Of a stretch of 64,000 nucleotides of DNA, positions 11,798 to 23,880 are shown in pieces. The notes under the pieces are model-generated. The model made no database searches and was not told the DNA's origin. It saw nothing but the letters and a program-made list of their open reading frames with translations. The first letter of the stretch is position 1, and every line of letters starts with the position of its first letter. This stretch comes from Antedon mediterranea (lineage: Eukaryota; Animalia; Echinodermata). The stretch spans positions 27,404,001 to 27,468,000 of the forward strand of contig NC_092674.1 of assembly GCF_964355755.1 (NCBI RefSeq), in the 5' to 3' direction. A program made the translations under genes and the position numbers.

Positions 11798-13043
11798 TCG
11801 ATAATCTTTACACTACTACCAGGAAATGTTATTGAATCCAATGATAGATACTTACCAAGTAACGATTACAACATGCAGAAACAACACGCGAAATTGAAAT
11901 AATACGCTTTTAAGCATAATTGCTTGTTTTTTCTTCAATTCATTTTTACAATTTTTGAGATAATAACACAGGTTATGAAGACCTTGTGACTAACACTATA
12001 AACATTGTTCGTCGATCATATTCTAAGTACCTTATTGAAACACGAACAGCGCTGAATGCTATATTGATATGATCCGCAATGCACTTTCTTGAAATATCAA
12101 ACCAGGTATGTAAGTAACCATTGTATTTTAATTGTGATACTTATGACCCAATAAGTAGCAATTACCATCATTATTAGTAGTAAATTGTGTTTTGAAAAAA
12201 AAGGCAATTATTGCAATTATGAAATTATTGAATGACCTGAATACAACTCAAAGCCTAATAGTAATAATCATTATTGGAATGCATTTGGATGTTCATGTAC
12301 GAAATGATGCTAAAGACGTGTTGACAACGAAAGTGATTTGACCAGGGGGACAGTTTGGTTGATCCACGCGTCGGGATTGGTCAAGTTACTTGCGGCCGGT
12401 GCGCTTACGTCCTTGTGTTGTGTCTCGATGCGTATCATGTAACCGGATAAGTTGGTGACCTATTCAACAAAGGTCATGAAACTTACCAGTGGATAAATAA
12501 GCTCGAACGAGCCCAACACTACACACAGAAGCAACAGTTGACACGCGCGCGTACACAACAATTATATACGCGAACGCGAACTTTTTTTTTATACAGAATA
12601 CAAATAAAAATGCAGCATTATGAATAATATTCTGTTTTACACTACAAAAAACTTAATCTAAGATATCGTAAAAGGTAACGATAAACCACATCGACGCCGT
12701 TATGAACATGATAATGTTTCTTGGAAATAATACTTGTATTTTACGATGTAACCGATGTATTAAAGTATTGGGATCAAAAATGAAGCCAACAAGTCAATCA
12801 ACCACACTGAAAGAAGTTGCCGACATCGTGCATAAGTGGATATTAGGTATATTGTACATTGTATGGAATCACAGTTTGTAATTAGTGAGTTTTGTTTTCA
12901 AATGTCAAATCTTTAACAACTGATGAAATACGTGAATTAATATGGAATGATGATGAGGAACTATGTCAGTAATGTAAGAGACAGTCGACATCCATACCAT
13001 AAGTTTAAACTTGGTTGTTGGACGCAAAGCAAGGACGACGTAA

Positions 13044-13222
13044 AGCGTGGTTCCCACTAGCGACGCAACACAAGGACGTAACGCAACGCAAGTGAATTGA
13101 CCAATCACAAGCGATGGCTTATTCGCTTGTGATTGCTAACTGTCTATAACTTCGCTTGTCATTGGATAAAACGCTTGCGTTGCGTTTACGTCCTTTCGTT
13201 ACGTTCTAGTGGGAACCAAGCT
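13044..13222. mobile_element. MITE family B, 179 bp, young copy nested in an older B-like copy
   Basis: TAA|AGCGTGGTTCCCACTAGCGACGCAAC...GTTCTAGTGGGAACCAAGCT|TTA; near-identical to 43534-43712 and 34830-35006. Confidence 0.92.
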
Positions 13223-13603
13223 TTAAGCTAAACGCAAGACCGACGCAAGCGAGTAGCCCAATGAAACGTGATAGTTTGAATAATCCATCGCTTGTCATTG
13301 ATCAACTCGCTCGCGTTGCGCTTACGTCCCTTTACGTTCTATTAGCTTATTACGCTTACATAAGTCTAATAATATGCCATGTTATCATACATAACATAAT
13401 TAACGTATTGCATATATTGTGATCACTATTTGACCTTCAATTAATTCATTTTGAGAAAGTCAACAACGACCAATCGTTGACAGTCAATCAAAATACTATA
13501 ATCAAAATCAGTTCATTATGTTTTTACCATGCCAATGCGGTAATTTTAATCTTACGTTAATACACTGGTATATACTGACAATTGTCGTACGTTTCATGTC
13601 TAA

Positions 13604-13729
13604 AACTCTGTCTACTCTACCTATTAGTTTGAAGTGATGTGTCCAAATATGGTAGTGATATGACATCATCTTGTCCATATCGGCACATCACATTTTGTTG
13701 TCACAAAATTTGTTAGTGTAAACAGAGCT
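13604..13729. mobile_element. MITE family A copy (degenerate)
   Basis: AACTCTGTCTAC...TGTTAGTGTAAACAGAGCT with the family-A core GTGATATGACATCATC. Confidence 0.8.
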
Positions 13730-13804
13730 TCAAAAACAATCAACTGCGGGGATGTTTGATAAGAAACGACGGAACCATGAAGTTTAATACAAAACTCAAT
13801 TCTA

Positions 13805-14037
13805 AGCTCTGTCTCACTATCAAACTTTATGTGACAAAAGAATGTAATGTGGCCATAATTATGTGGACACATGACGATGTCATATCACCACCATATTTGG
13901 GTATTCATTCATTCATTCAATCTTTTATTTCGGAAACTCTGGTCCATAGAAAGTAAATTACATATAAATCACTACCATATTTGGTCAGATCACAATTTTG
14001 TTGTCCAACTAGTTTTATAGTGTAGGCCTACAGAGCT
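13805..14037. mobile_element. MITE family A copy interrupted by a ~60-bp retroelement-tail-like insertion
   Basis: AGCTCTGTCTCACTATCAAACTTT...CAGAGCT|TAA; extra segment ~13903-13963 absent from the other copies. Confidence 0.82.
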
Positions 14038-14100
14038 TAACCCTCTCAATAATATCTCTCACTACTATAAAACAAACCACGTCGATTCGAACCCTTCATT

Positions 14101-15158
14101 TCCAATATTATTGGGACGTTAAAGCACATTCGGTCCTACAGCAGGCTTTCCGAAAACGCGTTGGCATATTCGTATAAACAAAGTGGCATTTTTAGAGTAG
14201 GCCTACATAAGGAAGAAAATGTCCAATATTATTGGGACGTTAAAGCACATTCGGTCCTACAGCAGGCTTTCCGAAACGCGTTGGCATATAACGTATAAAC
14301 AACTAGGCATTTTTAGAGTAGGCCTACAATGGAAGAAAATGTCCAATATTGGGAGGTTAAAGCACATTCGGTCCTACAGCAGGCTTTCCGAAACGCGTTG
14401 GCATATAACGTATAAACAAAGAGGCATTTTTAGAGTAGGCCTACAATGGAAGAAAATGTCCAATATTGGGAGGTTAAAGCACATTCGGTCCTACAGCAGG
14501 CTTTCCGAAACGCGTTGGCATATAACGTATAAACAACTAGGCATTTTTAGAGTAGGCCTACAATGGAAGAAAATGTCCAATATTGGGAGGTTAAAGCACA
14601 TTCGGTCCTACAGCAGGCTTTCCGAAACGCGTTGGCATATAACGCATAAACAAAGAGGCATTTTTAGAGTAGGCCTACAATGGAAGAACATGTCCAATAT
14701 TGGGACGTTAAAGCACATTCGGTCCTACAGCAGGCTTTCCGAAACGCGTTGGCATATAACGTATAAACAACCAGGCATTTTTAGAGTAGGCCTAAAATGG
14801 AAGAAAATGTCCAATATTGGGACGTTAAAGCACATTCGGTCCTACAGCAGGCTTTCCGAAACGCGTTGGCATATAACGTATAAACAAAGAGGCATTTTTA
14901 GAGTAGGCCTACAATGGAAGAAAATGTCCAATATTGGGACGTTAAAGCACATTCGGTCCTACAGCAGGCTTTCCGAAACGCGTTGGCATATAACGTATAA
15001 ACAAAGAGGCATTTTTAGAGTAGGCCTACAATGGAAGAAAATGTCCAATATTGGGAGATTAAAGCACATTCGGTCCTACAGCAGGCTTTCCGAAACGCGT
15101 TGGCATATAACGTATAAACAAAGAGGCATTGTTAGAGTAGGCCTACAATGGAAGAAAA
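14101..15158. repeat. 117-bp tandem repeat, ~9 highly similar copies
   Basis: TCCAATATT recurs at 14101, 14222, 14342, 14459, 14576, 14693, 14810, 14927 and 15044. The unit length is a multiple of 3, which produces the repetitive 321-aa ORF. Confidence 0.97.
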
Positions 15159-15512
15159 TATCGGTCAATTCTCTACCAGGTTAAAAGACAATAAGGGCAC
15201 ATTTTAATTGTGTTTGTTTCTACATCAGTATAATAGAAACTATTCAAGATTTTTCTATAATAAAGGATAATCAAAAGCAATATAAAAGATATCATGTTTT
15301 TAACTGATTGCCGCCGCAGCATTACTTACATCGTGTAATATTGCAGAATATTAAAAATACTATAATAGTATATATACTTATACAATATACTTACATCAAT
15401 AAAGAAGTTCTAAATAAGACCGCCTTTATTAAAGCCGGGCTGTTATGAGAACAATAATCATGTTGTACACTGATGTATATATGAAGATTAACATTGCGAT
15501 GTTTACTTGAAA

Positions 15513-15535
15513 CATGGAGGTATTATACCTCCATG
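15513..15535. mobile_element. 23-bp perfect palindrome with exact 7-bp TSD (P-element-like footprint)
   Basis: CTTGAAA|CATGGAGGTAT-T-ATACCTCCATG|CTTGAAA. Confidence 0.6.
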
Positions 15536-15732
15536 CTTGAAATGAGATATAATTTTCAAAATATACCAATATTGTCTGTTTCATGAGTAGGTCTATATTT
15601 GTATTATTTATTTAAATCCAAAAGCAAATTTACTAGTGAAACCATGACAATGATGTGGGTATCATGGCTGGATCTCAATGGAGATGAAAAATAAACAAAA
15701 AGCTAAATCAAAACGATAATGTAAAACATCCA

Positions 15733-15830
15733 AACAAGGCCATATACATGGCTGCAGTCGCTTGCTCAAATTTGAGTTAGTGTTCACCGACTAACGACCA
15801 ACCAACCGACCGACATAGTGTGAGCTGAGA
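15733..15830 (+). mobile_element. Helentron/DINE-like non-autonomous element (3'-truncated)
   Basis: AACAAGGCCATATACATGGCTGCAGTCGC...TTTGAGTTAGTGTT..(CCGA)n CATAGTG; same family as 58175-58286. Confidence 0.6.
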
Positions 15831-15969
15831 GAAAAATTAGCAGATCTTTCGGGCAAAACTAGCCCTTCGTCGGTGCAAGTAAGAATATTAGGAGATATTA
15901 TTGAGACTCATGTTTATAACCATATATTATAACATGGATAAAATTAATTTTCATTATATATGTTCTCAA

Positions 15970-16290
15970 AAATTGATTGATGTTTCATTATTGATTGATG
16001 GTAAGATACAGTACGGTAATATATTAATAAGAACAACATATGATCTAATAGGCCTATTCATCTTTCAAAAAATGAAATGTTATTATCAAATTTAGAAAAT
16101 AAAGTCTGATCAACCAGTGGTGTCTCAGAATATATGTTGACAAATTGATTGATGGCAATAACATATTAAAAATAACAAAATAAGACCCAATAGGCCTATT
16201 CATCTTTTCAAAACATTAAAGTTAAAAAAAAAAATTCAATCAAATTTAGAAAATAAAGTCTGATCAACAAGCAGTGGTGTCTCAGAATAA
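15970..16290. repeat. Diverged local tandem duplication (~160-170 bp x2)
   Basis: AAATTGATTGATG...AATAGGCCTATTCATCTTT...ATCAAATTTAGAAAATAAAGTCTGATCAAC..CAGTGGTGTCTCAGAATA occurs twice. Confidence 0.85.
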
Positions 16291-16864
16291 TCTAGAGTAA
16301 AAGCTCTTCCTAATCTAAATTATAATTTTACATTACTTCGTTATTCCAAATTACTGCCATTCCCCTGTGTTCTCTGTCTTGTCTTTTTCCTCCCAGGCTA
16401 TGACCAACACTGAGCAAAATATTATCAACTTGAAATAACCAATTACGGCAACAAATAAATCGGAAATTATTATTAATATAGAATACAGAATGACGTCATG
16501 CGTTCAGTATCATCTCCTTACACTGTATGTTATAATATCTTTTTTTTTGCTTTTAATAATCACACTGAATTTTTATATTTACATTTCGCATCCGAATCAA
16601 CATTTTACATCCTCAAAATCTACGATAAGTTTATGGTAAATGATTTATCGTGAGCTTATGCTTCGATTTATCATTTCTAATTCGAATTCATGTGGCAAAA
16701 AGTAACGTATACGGATTTTTTTTAAACCAAGTATTACACAGATCCGTAGAAAAACAACATCAGAAGCCAAACTGTGAAACTGAATCGAGGACGAAAATTA
16801 ATAATTAAATTAATGCATTTAGACGCGGCAATATGTGTATTAAAAAATATGCACTGCTTCTACA

Positions 16865-17295
16865 TGAAAATGTAACATTTTAAAGAGAAATAATATGAAC
16901 ATTTCAAGTGACAATGAAATCAATATTTTAAATGACAATAATGAACATTTTAGGTGACAATAGATGAACGTTTTAGGTGACAATAATGAACATTTTAGGT
17001 GACAATAAAATGAACATTTTAAATGACAATAAATCAACATTTTAAATGACAATAAAATGAACATTTTAAATGACAATAAAATGAACATTTTAAATGACAA
17101 TAAAATGAACATTTTAAATGACAATAAATGAACTTTTAAGGTGAAAATAAAATGAACATTTTAAATGACATTAATGAACATTTTAAATGACAATAATTAA
17201 TATTTTAGGTGACAATAAAATGAACCTTTTAGGTGAAAATAAAATAAACATTTTAGGTGAAAATAAAATGAACATTTTAAAAGACAATAATGAAA
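16865..17295. repeat. AT-rich ~22-24-bp minisatellite
   Basis: Unit ATGAACATTTTA(AA/GG)TGACAATAA(AA). Confidence 0.95.
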
Positions 17296-18704
17296 ATTAT
17301 CAAGTGATCTTAATTATAGAGAAATTTTAAAAACGAGTGTAGTTGTGGAAGCCGTAACGCCGACGTGCAATTGAGTTATTTTTTACATACACGGTACCTC
17401 ATACTACGATGGATGAGTTCTCCAGGAAGACTGATTTCGAAACGTTTCATTTGATTAAATTATGTGAAGATCGAACTTTGGCATTAATACTAATAAACAA
17501 CTTTATTCGGAATAATATATTATCAGCGTATACTTGTCTTGTTTACAATAAAACTGTGTAACGTATAGAAAAAATAAAATGCTTAGCCACTAAACTCACA
17601 GTGAATCAAGTGTATGGAAGCCGCTTCAAGAGTTCATCATTTATTACTAATTTAGGCTAAAAGTACTATCATCTAAAAAGCAACATTTCAATATCTTGAA
17701 GCAGTAGTAGGATAGACGAAAATTAATTGCTTATCGAGATATAAATAGCGCCAGGTTTTCTTTTCCCCCCTTTGCCCCGACGGAAGCTAATTAAGAACTC
17801 ACAGTGATAGCAAGGAATAGCTGCGGACCTAATTGACGTACAATAATCAATAAAGCCATTCTATGGGGGTAGAATGAGACCATTAATACTTATAATGGTC
17901 GGCTGCCATCCAACGTATCACTCTCATCGTCCCCAGGCTTTTAGAATAGCCCCAACCACGCACTTGTGCGCAATTAAAACACCAAAATGGACTTACATGA
18001 CCTAAACGATATGCGGAAAACAGACATCTTGACTTTATTAAAAAGTAATTGAAATGGTGTCATGATGATTTTTTAACGTTATATATCTTTTCCATGCGAT
18101 GCAAGTTGACAGATATCGTGTTATTACATGTATGTTTGTATGAGCTCAATGTGTCCGCATATACACACATATAGCAAAATTCAATACGGTGTTTAATTAT
18201 GTTGCTAGGTAAAAAAACACTGGAAAAAAAATAACATGCTGTTTTTACTACCTATTGTATTACGTTTAACGAAGCTAAGTGTAATATTATATGGCAACAA
18301 GTCATGAATACAATAACTGTTTAAATCTCTAACTCACATGACAATAGGTCTATGTATATCCATTACGCACCTCGTAAAATTAAAATTACACAAAACATAA
18401 TAAAAAAAAAGATTCGAGATTAAAGGGTAGTGGACGTCAAGCAAAATCACTCAAGCAAATCTTCGACACGTAGGCGCGCCTACTGTGCGCGTGTCAACGC
18501 GTATAAAGGCCGGTGCACACGTACACCAAACGCGAAGCCGCGAATTTCACGTTAAAAAATGACGCACGCGGCAGGCGACGGACGCTTCCAGTGTGAACAT
18601 ACAACCTTGGTCAACTTTTTGAGGCGTCGCGAGCGCGGTTCGCCTTCGTCAACCAATCAGAAGTCAGGAATATCTCTCATCGACGAGACACCGACGGCAA
18701 AAAA

Positions 18705-18813
18705 ATGGTGGCTGACGAGCGAGGTCTTTATGGAAATACTTTGTCATTACCCTTCTTGTCTTTACGATAAGGGACGTAAGTCATACACAGACAGAAACAT
18801 AAGGATTAATTCT
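18705..18813 (+). pseudogene. Decayed MADF (Myb/SANT-like) domain exon of the Harbinger accessory protein
   Basis: AAAATGG start (MVADE), a 1-nt frameshift, then EVFMEILCHYPSCLYDKGRKSYTDRNIRINS, matching the MADF pattern (I..V..YPCLYD....YK/D....N.W). Followed by CTAG-rich low-complexity sequence. Confidence 0.65.
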
Positions 18814-19178
18814 AGCCTACCTAGGTTTAGGCTAGGCCATACTAGCTAGGGCCTAGCTAGGCCTACCTAGCCTACATATACCCTAGTAGGCTAGGCCATG
18901 CCAAGTAGTACTTATAGGCCTACATAATACTTACTAATCCCTACTAGGCCTAGTCTACTATGTGCTAGGCCAGGCCTAGCCAGGTTGAGCCTACTACTAA
19001 ATATGATGAGTACAGTACTAGGCCTAGGCTAGGTCTAGGCCTAGCCTACTTATTATTGTTAATTAATATTTATAGGCCTAATATTTAGTTGATTTAGTGT
19101 TGTAAGGCTAGGATAGGCCTAGTAGTAGTAATATTAATACATAAATACTGTTGTTTTTGTTTCTTTTATGTCAATTAG

Positions 19179-19360
19179 ATGAACATTGATAAATGGGATC
19201 CTTCAGGCTATTACCAGCGTTACAAACTCCACCAATGACCAAGCTAGTAGTTTAAGCGGCCAGTATATTATTGCCATGGAATTAAGAGCAATTGCTCCTC
19301 AAAAACGTGGACTGGCAATTATGAGGCTGATACAGGTTTGTATAGACTTTTTTCAAATGG
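19179..19360 (+). pseudogene. Decayed BESS-like exon of the Harbinger accessory protein
   Basis: Polypyrimidine tract plus TAG acceptor at 19178 and GTATGT donor at 19361; encodes DQASSLSGQYIIAMELRAIAPQKRGLAIMRLIQVCIDF, resembling the BESS pattern (D...FG.Y.A.ELR.L....R..A...I.QV..E). Confidence 0.5.
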
Positions 19361-19589
19361 GTATGTCAGTTGGTGACATACATTGGCCAGAAAAAATGAT
19401 TTGAGCAATATGCCTTACTATAGCAATTTATTAATACTTGTTTCATTTTTTTTAAATAGAAAATGGAAGAGATTAAGGAGAAGTTGGACTGTAACTAGTA
19501 TTTATTAAGTGGTTATAGAAGGAAAGCTGAACTGAATGTCTTTTTTTAGCAATAGAGAACACATGGAAATATAATATGTATGTTTTGTT

Positions 19590-19897
19590 ATACTCCAATA
19601 CTAAAAAACATAAGTTTTTTGGGTTTTTTTTCTATGTAAGTGATTAACTTTGTTAAAACTACAAAATGGCCTATTCAAATTTGATTTTAATCATCTTCAT
19701 TTTTCATGATTCTATGGGACAATACATTTTTAAGTTTAGTGACATTTTTTGGACAAGATATATTGTCTTCCTGAAAATATAATTTAAAACATTTTCGTTG
19801 TGTGTAATACAGTATAACACTTTAGGGTTAGTTATTCACTTTTAACAATAATAATATTTCTTCAATTTTCATTTTTTTTGGGATGATACATTTTAAA
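19590..19897. mobile_element. Degenerate family G (Kolobok-like) fragments nested in the Harbinger element
   Basis: GGGACAATACATTTTTAA and AGATATATTGTC termini; internal TTAAAACTACAAAAT shared with 38568-38914. Confidence 0.6.
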
Positions 19898-19962
19898 TTT
19901 ATTATTTTGATATTATTTTGCGAAAGTATTCAGGAGTAGTAAAAAAGAAAATCTGGTTGATA

Positions 19963-20142
19963 TTTAATGATACCTTTAAAAACAATGATTCACTATTTCA
20001 ATAAGTGTATTTATGTGAAAAAGTCATAAGATAATATACAGTGTAATGATTAATTATTTAATGATACCTTTAAAAACAATGATTCACTATTTAAATAAGT
20101 GTATTTATGTGAAAAAAAAGTCATAAGATAATATACAGTGTA
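19963..20142. repeat. ~93-bp tandem duplication
   Basis: TTTAATGATACCTTTAAAAACAATGATTCACTATTT...GTCATAAGATAATATACAGTGTAA occurs twice. Confidence 0.9.
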
Positions 20143-20902
20143 AATATGAGTTTGGGATATTTATTACATTTAATCAAATGAGAAAAAAACTGTATGTTTT
20201 GTCATGAATAATATAATATTTAATAATAATTAGAAAATGAATGTGAAAACTTTACATTAATATATAGGCCTATAGTTTATATTTGAAAGTGACAAACCCA
20301 TGAAGATTCCCAGTTCGTGTTTATATGAAATGTTTTATATGGTTATAATAACCTCTGTTGAAAGATATTTGTAACACCTCTAATAAATACAGTCAGCAGA
20401 TCACATGTACGTGTAATCAACATGCAATAAATGCTTTAATTCTTGTTGTAACTGTATTGATATTGGATACATCTTCTTCTGTCCTTGTGATATATACATA
20501 CAATCATGCACATTTCAAGCTTTGGAAAAGGATAACATTTTCCCACCAAAACCAAACACTGTGATTGGTGTAACCAGGGAAGAGTTAAATTACATTTTAA
20601 TTTAACTCTTCTCTGGTTAAACTTACGTAGGAAATACTTCAGAGTCATCTTCTCTGATTATTTTAAATGTAGCATTGTATTGGCCAACCCACTATCTCCT
20701 AGGCCTAGCAATCGCGACGAATCAGCAGATCATGACGCGTTTAGTGGGAACCGACAAGAAAAACTAATAGACGCATGACAATTCAACTTTCAAAGCGATC
20801 CGTCAAATGACGCGTGACGCATGACGCTTCGCGGCTTCGCGTTCGGTGTGCACCGGCCTTTAGTTACGTGTGTTGATGCGTCGTGCAGACAAAGCCGTAT
20901 CA

Positions 20903-21060
20903 AGTTTGATTCCCACTTGGACTCAACGAAAGAAAGAGTTATGACAGTGAGTTGACCAATCACAAGCCACAGTTGGGGTGATCCATTGCGTACATATAGT
21001 GATTTGTCAAATAACTGGCGACGCGTTTTGATCCTTGTGTTGCGAAGTGGGAACCGAGCT
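20903..21060. mobile_element. Degenerate MITE family B copy
   Basis: AGTTTGATTCCCACTT...TTGACCAATCACAAGC...AGTGGGAACCGAGCT|TTA. Confidence 0.7.
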
Positions 21061-22449
21061 TAAGTATTAACGTGATGACGAACTATAAGAACGTATACGT
21101 GTTCTATGGGTGTATTCGACAAATTAAAACAATTTTTCTGATGTATTAGGAGGCCTATATAAGTACTGTATATTCCGTGCAGAATAAGACTTTGATAGAA
21201 AGCAAATGAGTAAAACGACTTTACCGACTGAACGCGCGCGTACACCGCTTCCTCCTTGATCTGTTTTCGTAACTACCGACACGCCCTCTTTCGTGTAGAA
21301 TTGCCTTTTTAACGATTTTTTTCGACAAATTGGAGCACTTTTAAAATAATCTTTAGTTTACAATGATTAATAAATACAGTTTGCACTCATGTCAATTTAA
21401 GTAATTCGCAACACTGTAATTGTAATTTTTGATCAATTTTATATACCGTATATATTATGCCACAGGTAATTTTACGACAATTAAGTGATGAGGTTTTTCA
21501 CTTGTTCCGTGTATTCCTCGTATAATTTGTTGATGAATAAGTAGTGCCAAATAATTTTTATTTTCACTCCATCAACTATTATCATTTCTTTATTCATCAT
21601 AGTGACATTGGGTAACATAATAAACCTTTGTTTATTTAAACAGTACAAATTTAAATTATAAAAATCAGAAACCCATCATCAACCATTTCGTCAACAGCAG
21701 CATCATCTAGAAAATGACGCGCGCGTAATAAAAGCAACGTCTTTCTTACGCGCGTTAACACGTGCTGTGGATAGTTACAGTGGCACAGTACAAAATAATA
21801 CAAAAGAAAATTACTTTAATATATCGTATTTTTTCTATTGAAATCTTATAATTATTTGCTGCCATTTTTTTTCTTTTCAAATTAATATGACTATCATGGA
21901 ATATGACATATGGATTTTATGAAATGATTTAAGACACCAACAGTTTATGATTACCTTTATGAACGTGGGTTGTAGAAAGGAAGATGAACGAGCATTTTCC
22001 ACAGACGTACGTCGTACGAATGACACTTTTCTAATCTGAATCTTTGGCGCGTTATTATACTTCGTAATTAGTGGAAATCTTTGTTCTCTGTTCACCACAA
22101 TATACATTTTCTTCAACGTGACATTACTATTAGAAAACATGTCTGTCTAATTAAGTATCGACGAAAAGTATTCGTGAAAGACGGCATGTAGAGAGATAAT
22201 TAAGTGGTTTTGAGTAAAATGATTTTTGAAATACTTCCATTAGTGATGGTGAAATGAAAATTATACCGGTGTTAATCTTTCGGTAATTTCACATGAGTTG
22301 TGGAAAGATGTGGAGGATACGTTACATTATTTGAATTTATATAACATGCAAATACAACTCGTAAATTTTGGCCATCTTTTTTTAAACTTTTGTTCGACGA
22401 TAAATATATAGATACAGCATTCTTCAGTATTATCTGAACTATTAAGCGT

Positions 22450-22570
22450 TACATGCCCTAATATGGTAGTAATATGCGCAAATATATAGTAGTGATATGA
22501 CATCATTATGTCCATATGAGCACATCACATTTTTTTTGTAACATAAAGTTTGATAGTGTAGACAAAGCCT
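22450..22570. mobile_element. MITE family A copy (one end missing)
   Basis: GTAGTGATATGACATCAT...AAAGTTTGATAGTGTAGACAAAGC. Confidence 0.8.
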
Positions 22571-23723
22571 TAGAGGGAAATGTCGAACAGACGTTCGATC
22601 GAATTGCGTATAAAATCATAATAAACCGTTGCGGTAGCTAATTACTTATGTTTACAATGCCTTCTCGGTGTTTATTTTGTTAATTTTCGTACTGGCGTAT
22701 TTATAATCTCAAACTTTCAACATTGACTCAACTATGGCAATTGATAAAAAGCATGACGTAGGCTATATATTTCAGGCTAGCTGTACTATATTTATTTCAG
22801 GAACGGTCGTACTGTTAAATGAAAATAAATTATTTGGACGACGTATTATTTTCATTAGAGATATATAAAACAAGGTTATTTAACTACTACAAATAGTACA
22901 AATCAAATCATGGCAGTGATTATTTAGAAAAGGAAAGAAATGCCCTCGATGTATAGCACACTAATTAATAGGTTAGTATTGTGGCGTATAGTCAATATAC
23001 GTTATACTTCGTCATTGTTCAATGTTGTTACTGGCATAGTTACCATATAAATTGTCTTCCCACCTTGTTTACTAGAAAATGTTGATGCGGTCGTGGGCCT
23101 ATTTATTGATTGAAGTCTTTGATAATCTAAAGTTTCTTGTCATTAAGCATAAATGGGAAATGGAAGCCTATTATACGATATCAAAACACATTATTTGAAT
23201 TGCCGTTTGGGTATAGAAAAAAAATACATGAAAGGTAGTTGTACTGAAACAGGCTCCTTAACAAATTGGCCTACGGTTATTACATGTTGCTGCTTAAGTC
23301 TCGCACTGGAATATCAGTCTGATGTTGTTCGTTTAATTTCTTAAAATTCATGACGTTGAATACTTTGGGGATAATATCTACTTCTCACCTTGACAACAAT
23401 CAATATATGTATTGTGTGTTGGCGAGACTGTTAGAGAACTTCATCTTTGTGCAGGTTTATCACACCGCCTAACTAATGGCTAAATGCCTGCAGGAAATAC
23501 ATGGGATTATGTTGTAAAAACACAATACAATCATGTTGGCGTGGACATGTTTTCTGACCTTTACTGATTTGAAGATGAAAAAAAAACAATTCAGGAATAT
23601 TTTATGAAGAGGTGATTTGGGCTGTTGAATATCTTTAGGTTGCAGGCCCTACAGTAAGCAATTTAGAATAATATCAAATGAAATGGGATGGGTCTTACTT
23701 AAAAACCGCGTTTAGCATCTCCA

Positions 23724-23880
23724 AGCTCCGTGTACACTATCAAACTAGTTTGACAAAAAATGTGTGATGTTCTCAAATATGGTAGTGATATGCCCAAATA
23801 TGGTAGTGATATGATATCATCATGTACATGGGCACATCATTTTTGTTTGTTACATCAAGTTTGATAGTTTAGACAGAGCT
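23724..23880. mobile_element. MITE family A copy
   Basis: AGCTCCGTGTACACTATCAAACTAG...AGTTTGATAGTTTAGACAGAGCT|TAA. Confidence 0.88.

Larger units (their letters stand above)
18507..20859 (+). mobile_element. Non-autonomous PIF/Harbinger-type DNA transposon, ~2.35 kb
   Basis: TIRs AGGCCGGTGCACAC..CCAAACGCGAAGCCGCGAA / TTCGCGGCTTCGCGTTCGGTGTGCACCGGCCT; flanks TAA and TTA (TWA target); internal MADF- and BESS-like exon relics. Confidence 0.85.

Noticed and set aside
14101-15158. CRISPR-like array
   Set aside because: The units are contiguous with no unique spacers, no cas genes are present, and the context is eukaryotic.
14219-15184. 321-aa ORF as a real protein-coding gene
   Set aside because: It is built entirely from the 117-bp tandem unit, has no recognisable domain, and the open frame follows from the unit length; kept only as a hypothesis in the findings.
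16840-17124. Repetitive ORF (SFKMFILL)n
   Set aside because: Translation of an AT-rich minisatellite.
18420-18506. TTAAAGGG... as the left end of a host element into which the Harbinger inserted
   Set aside because: No matching right terminus was found beyond 20860.
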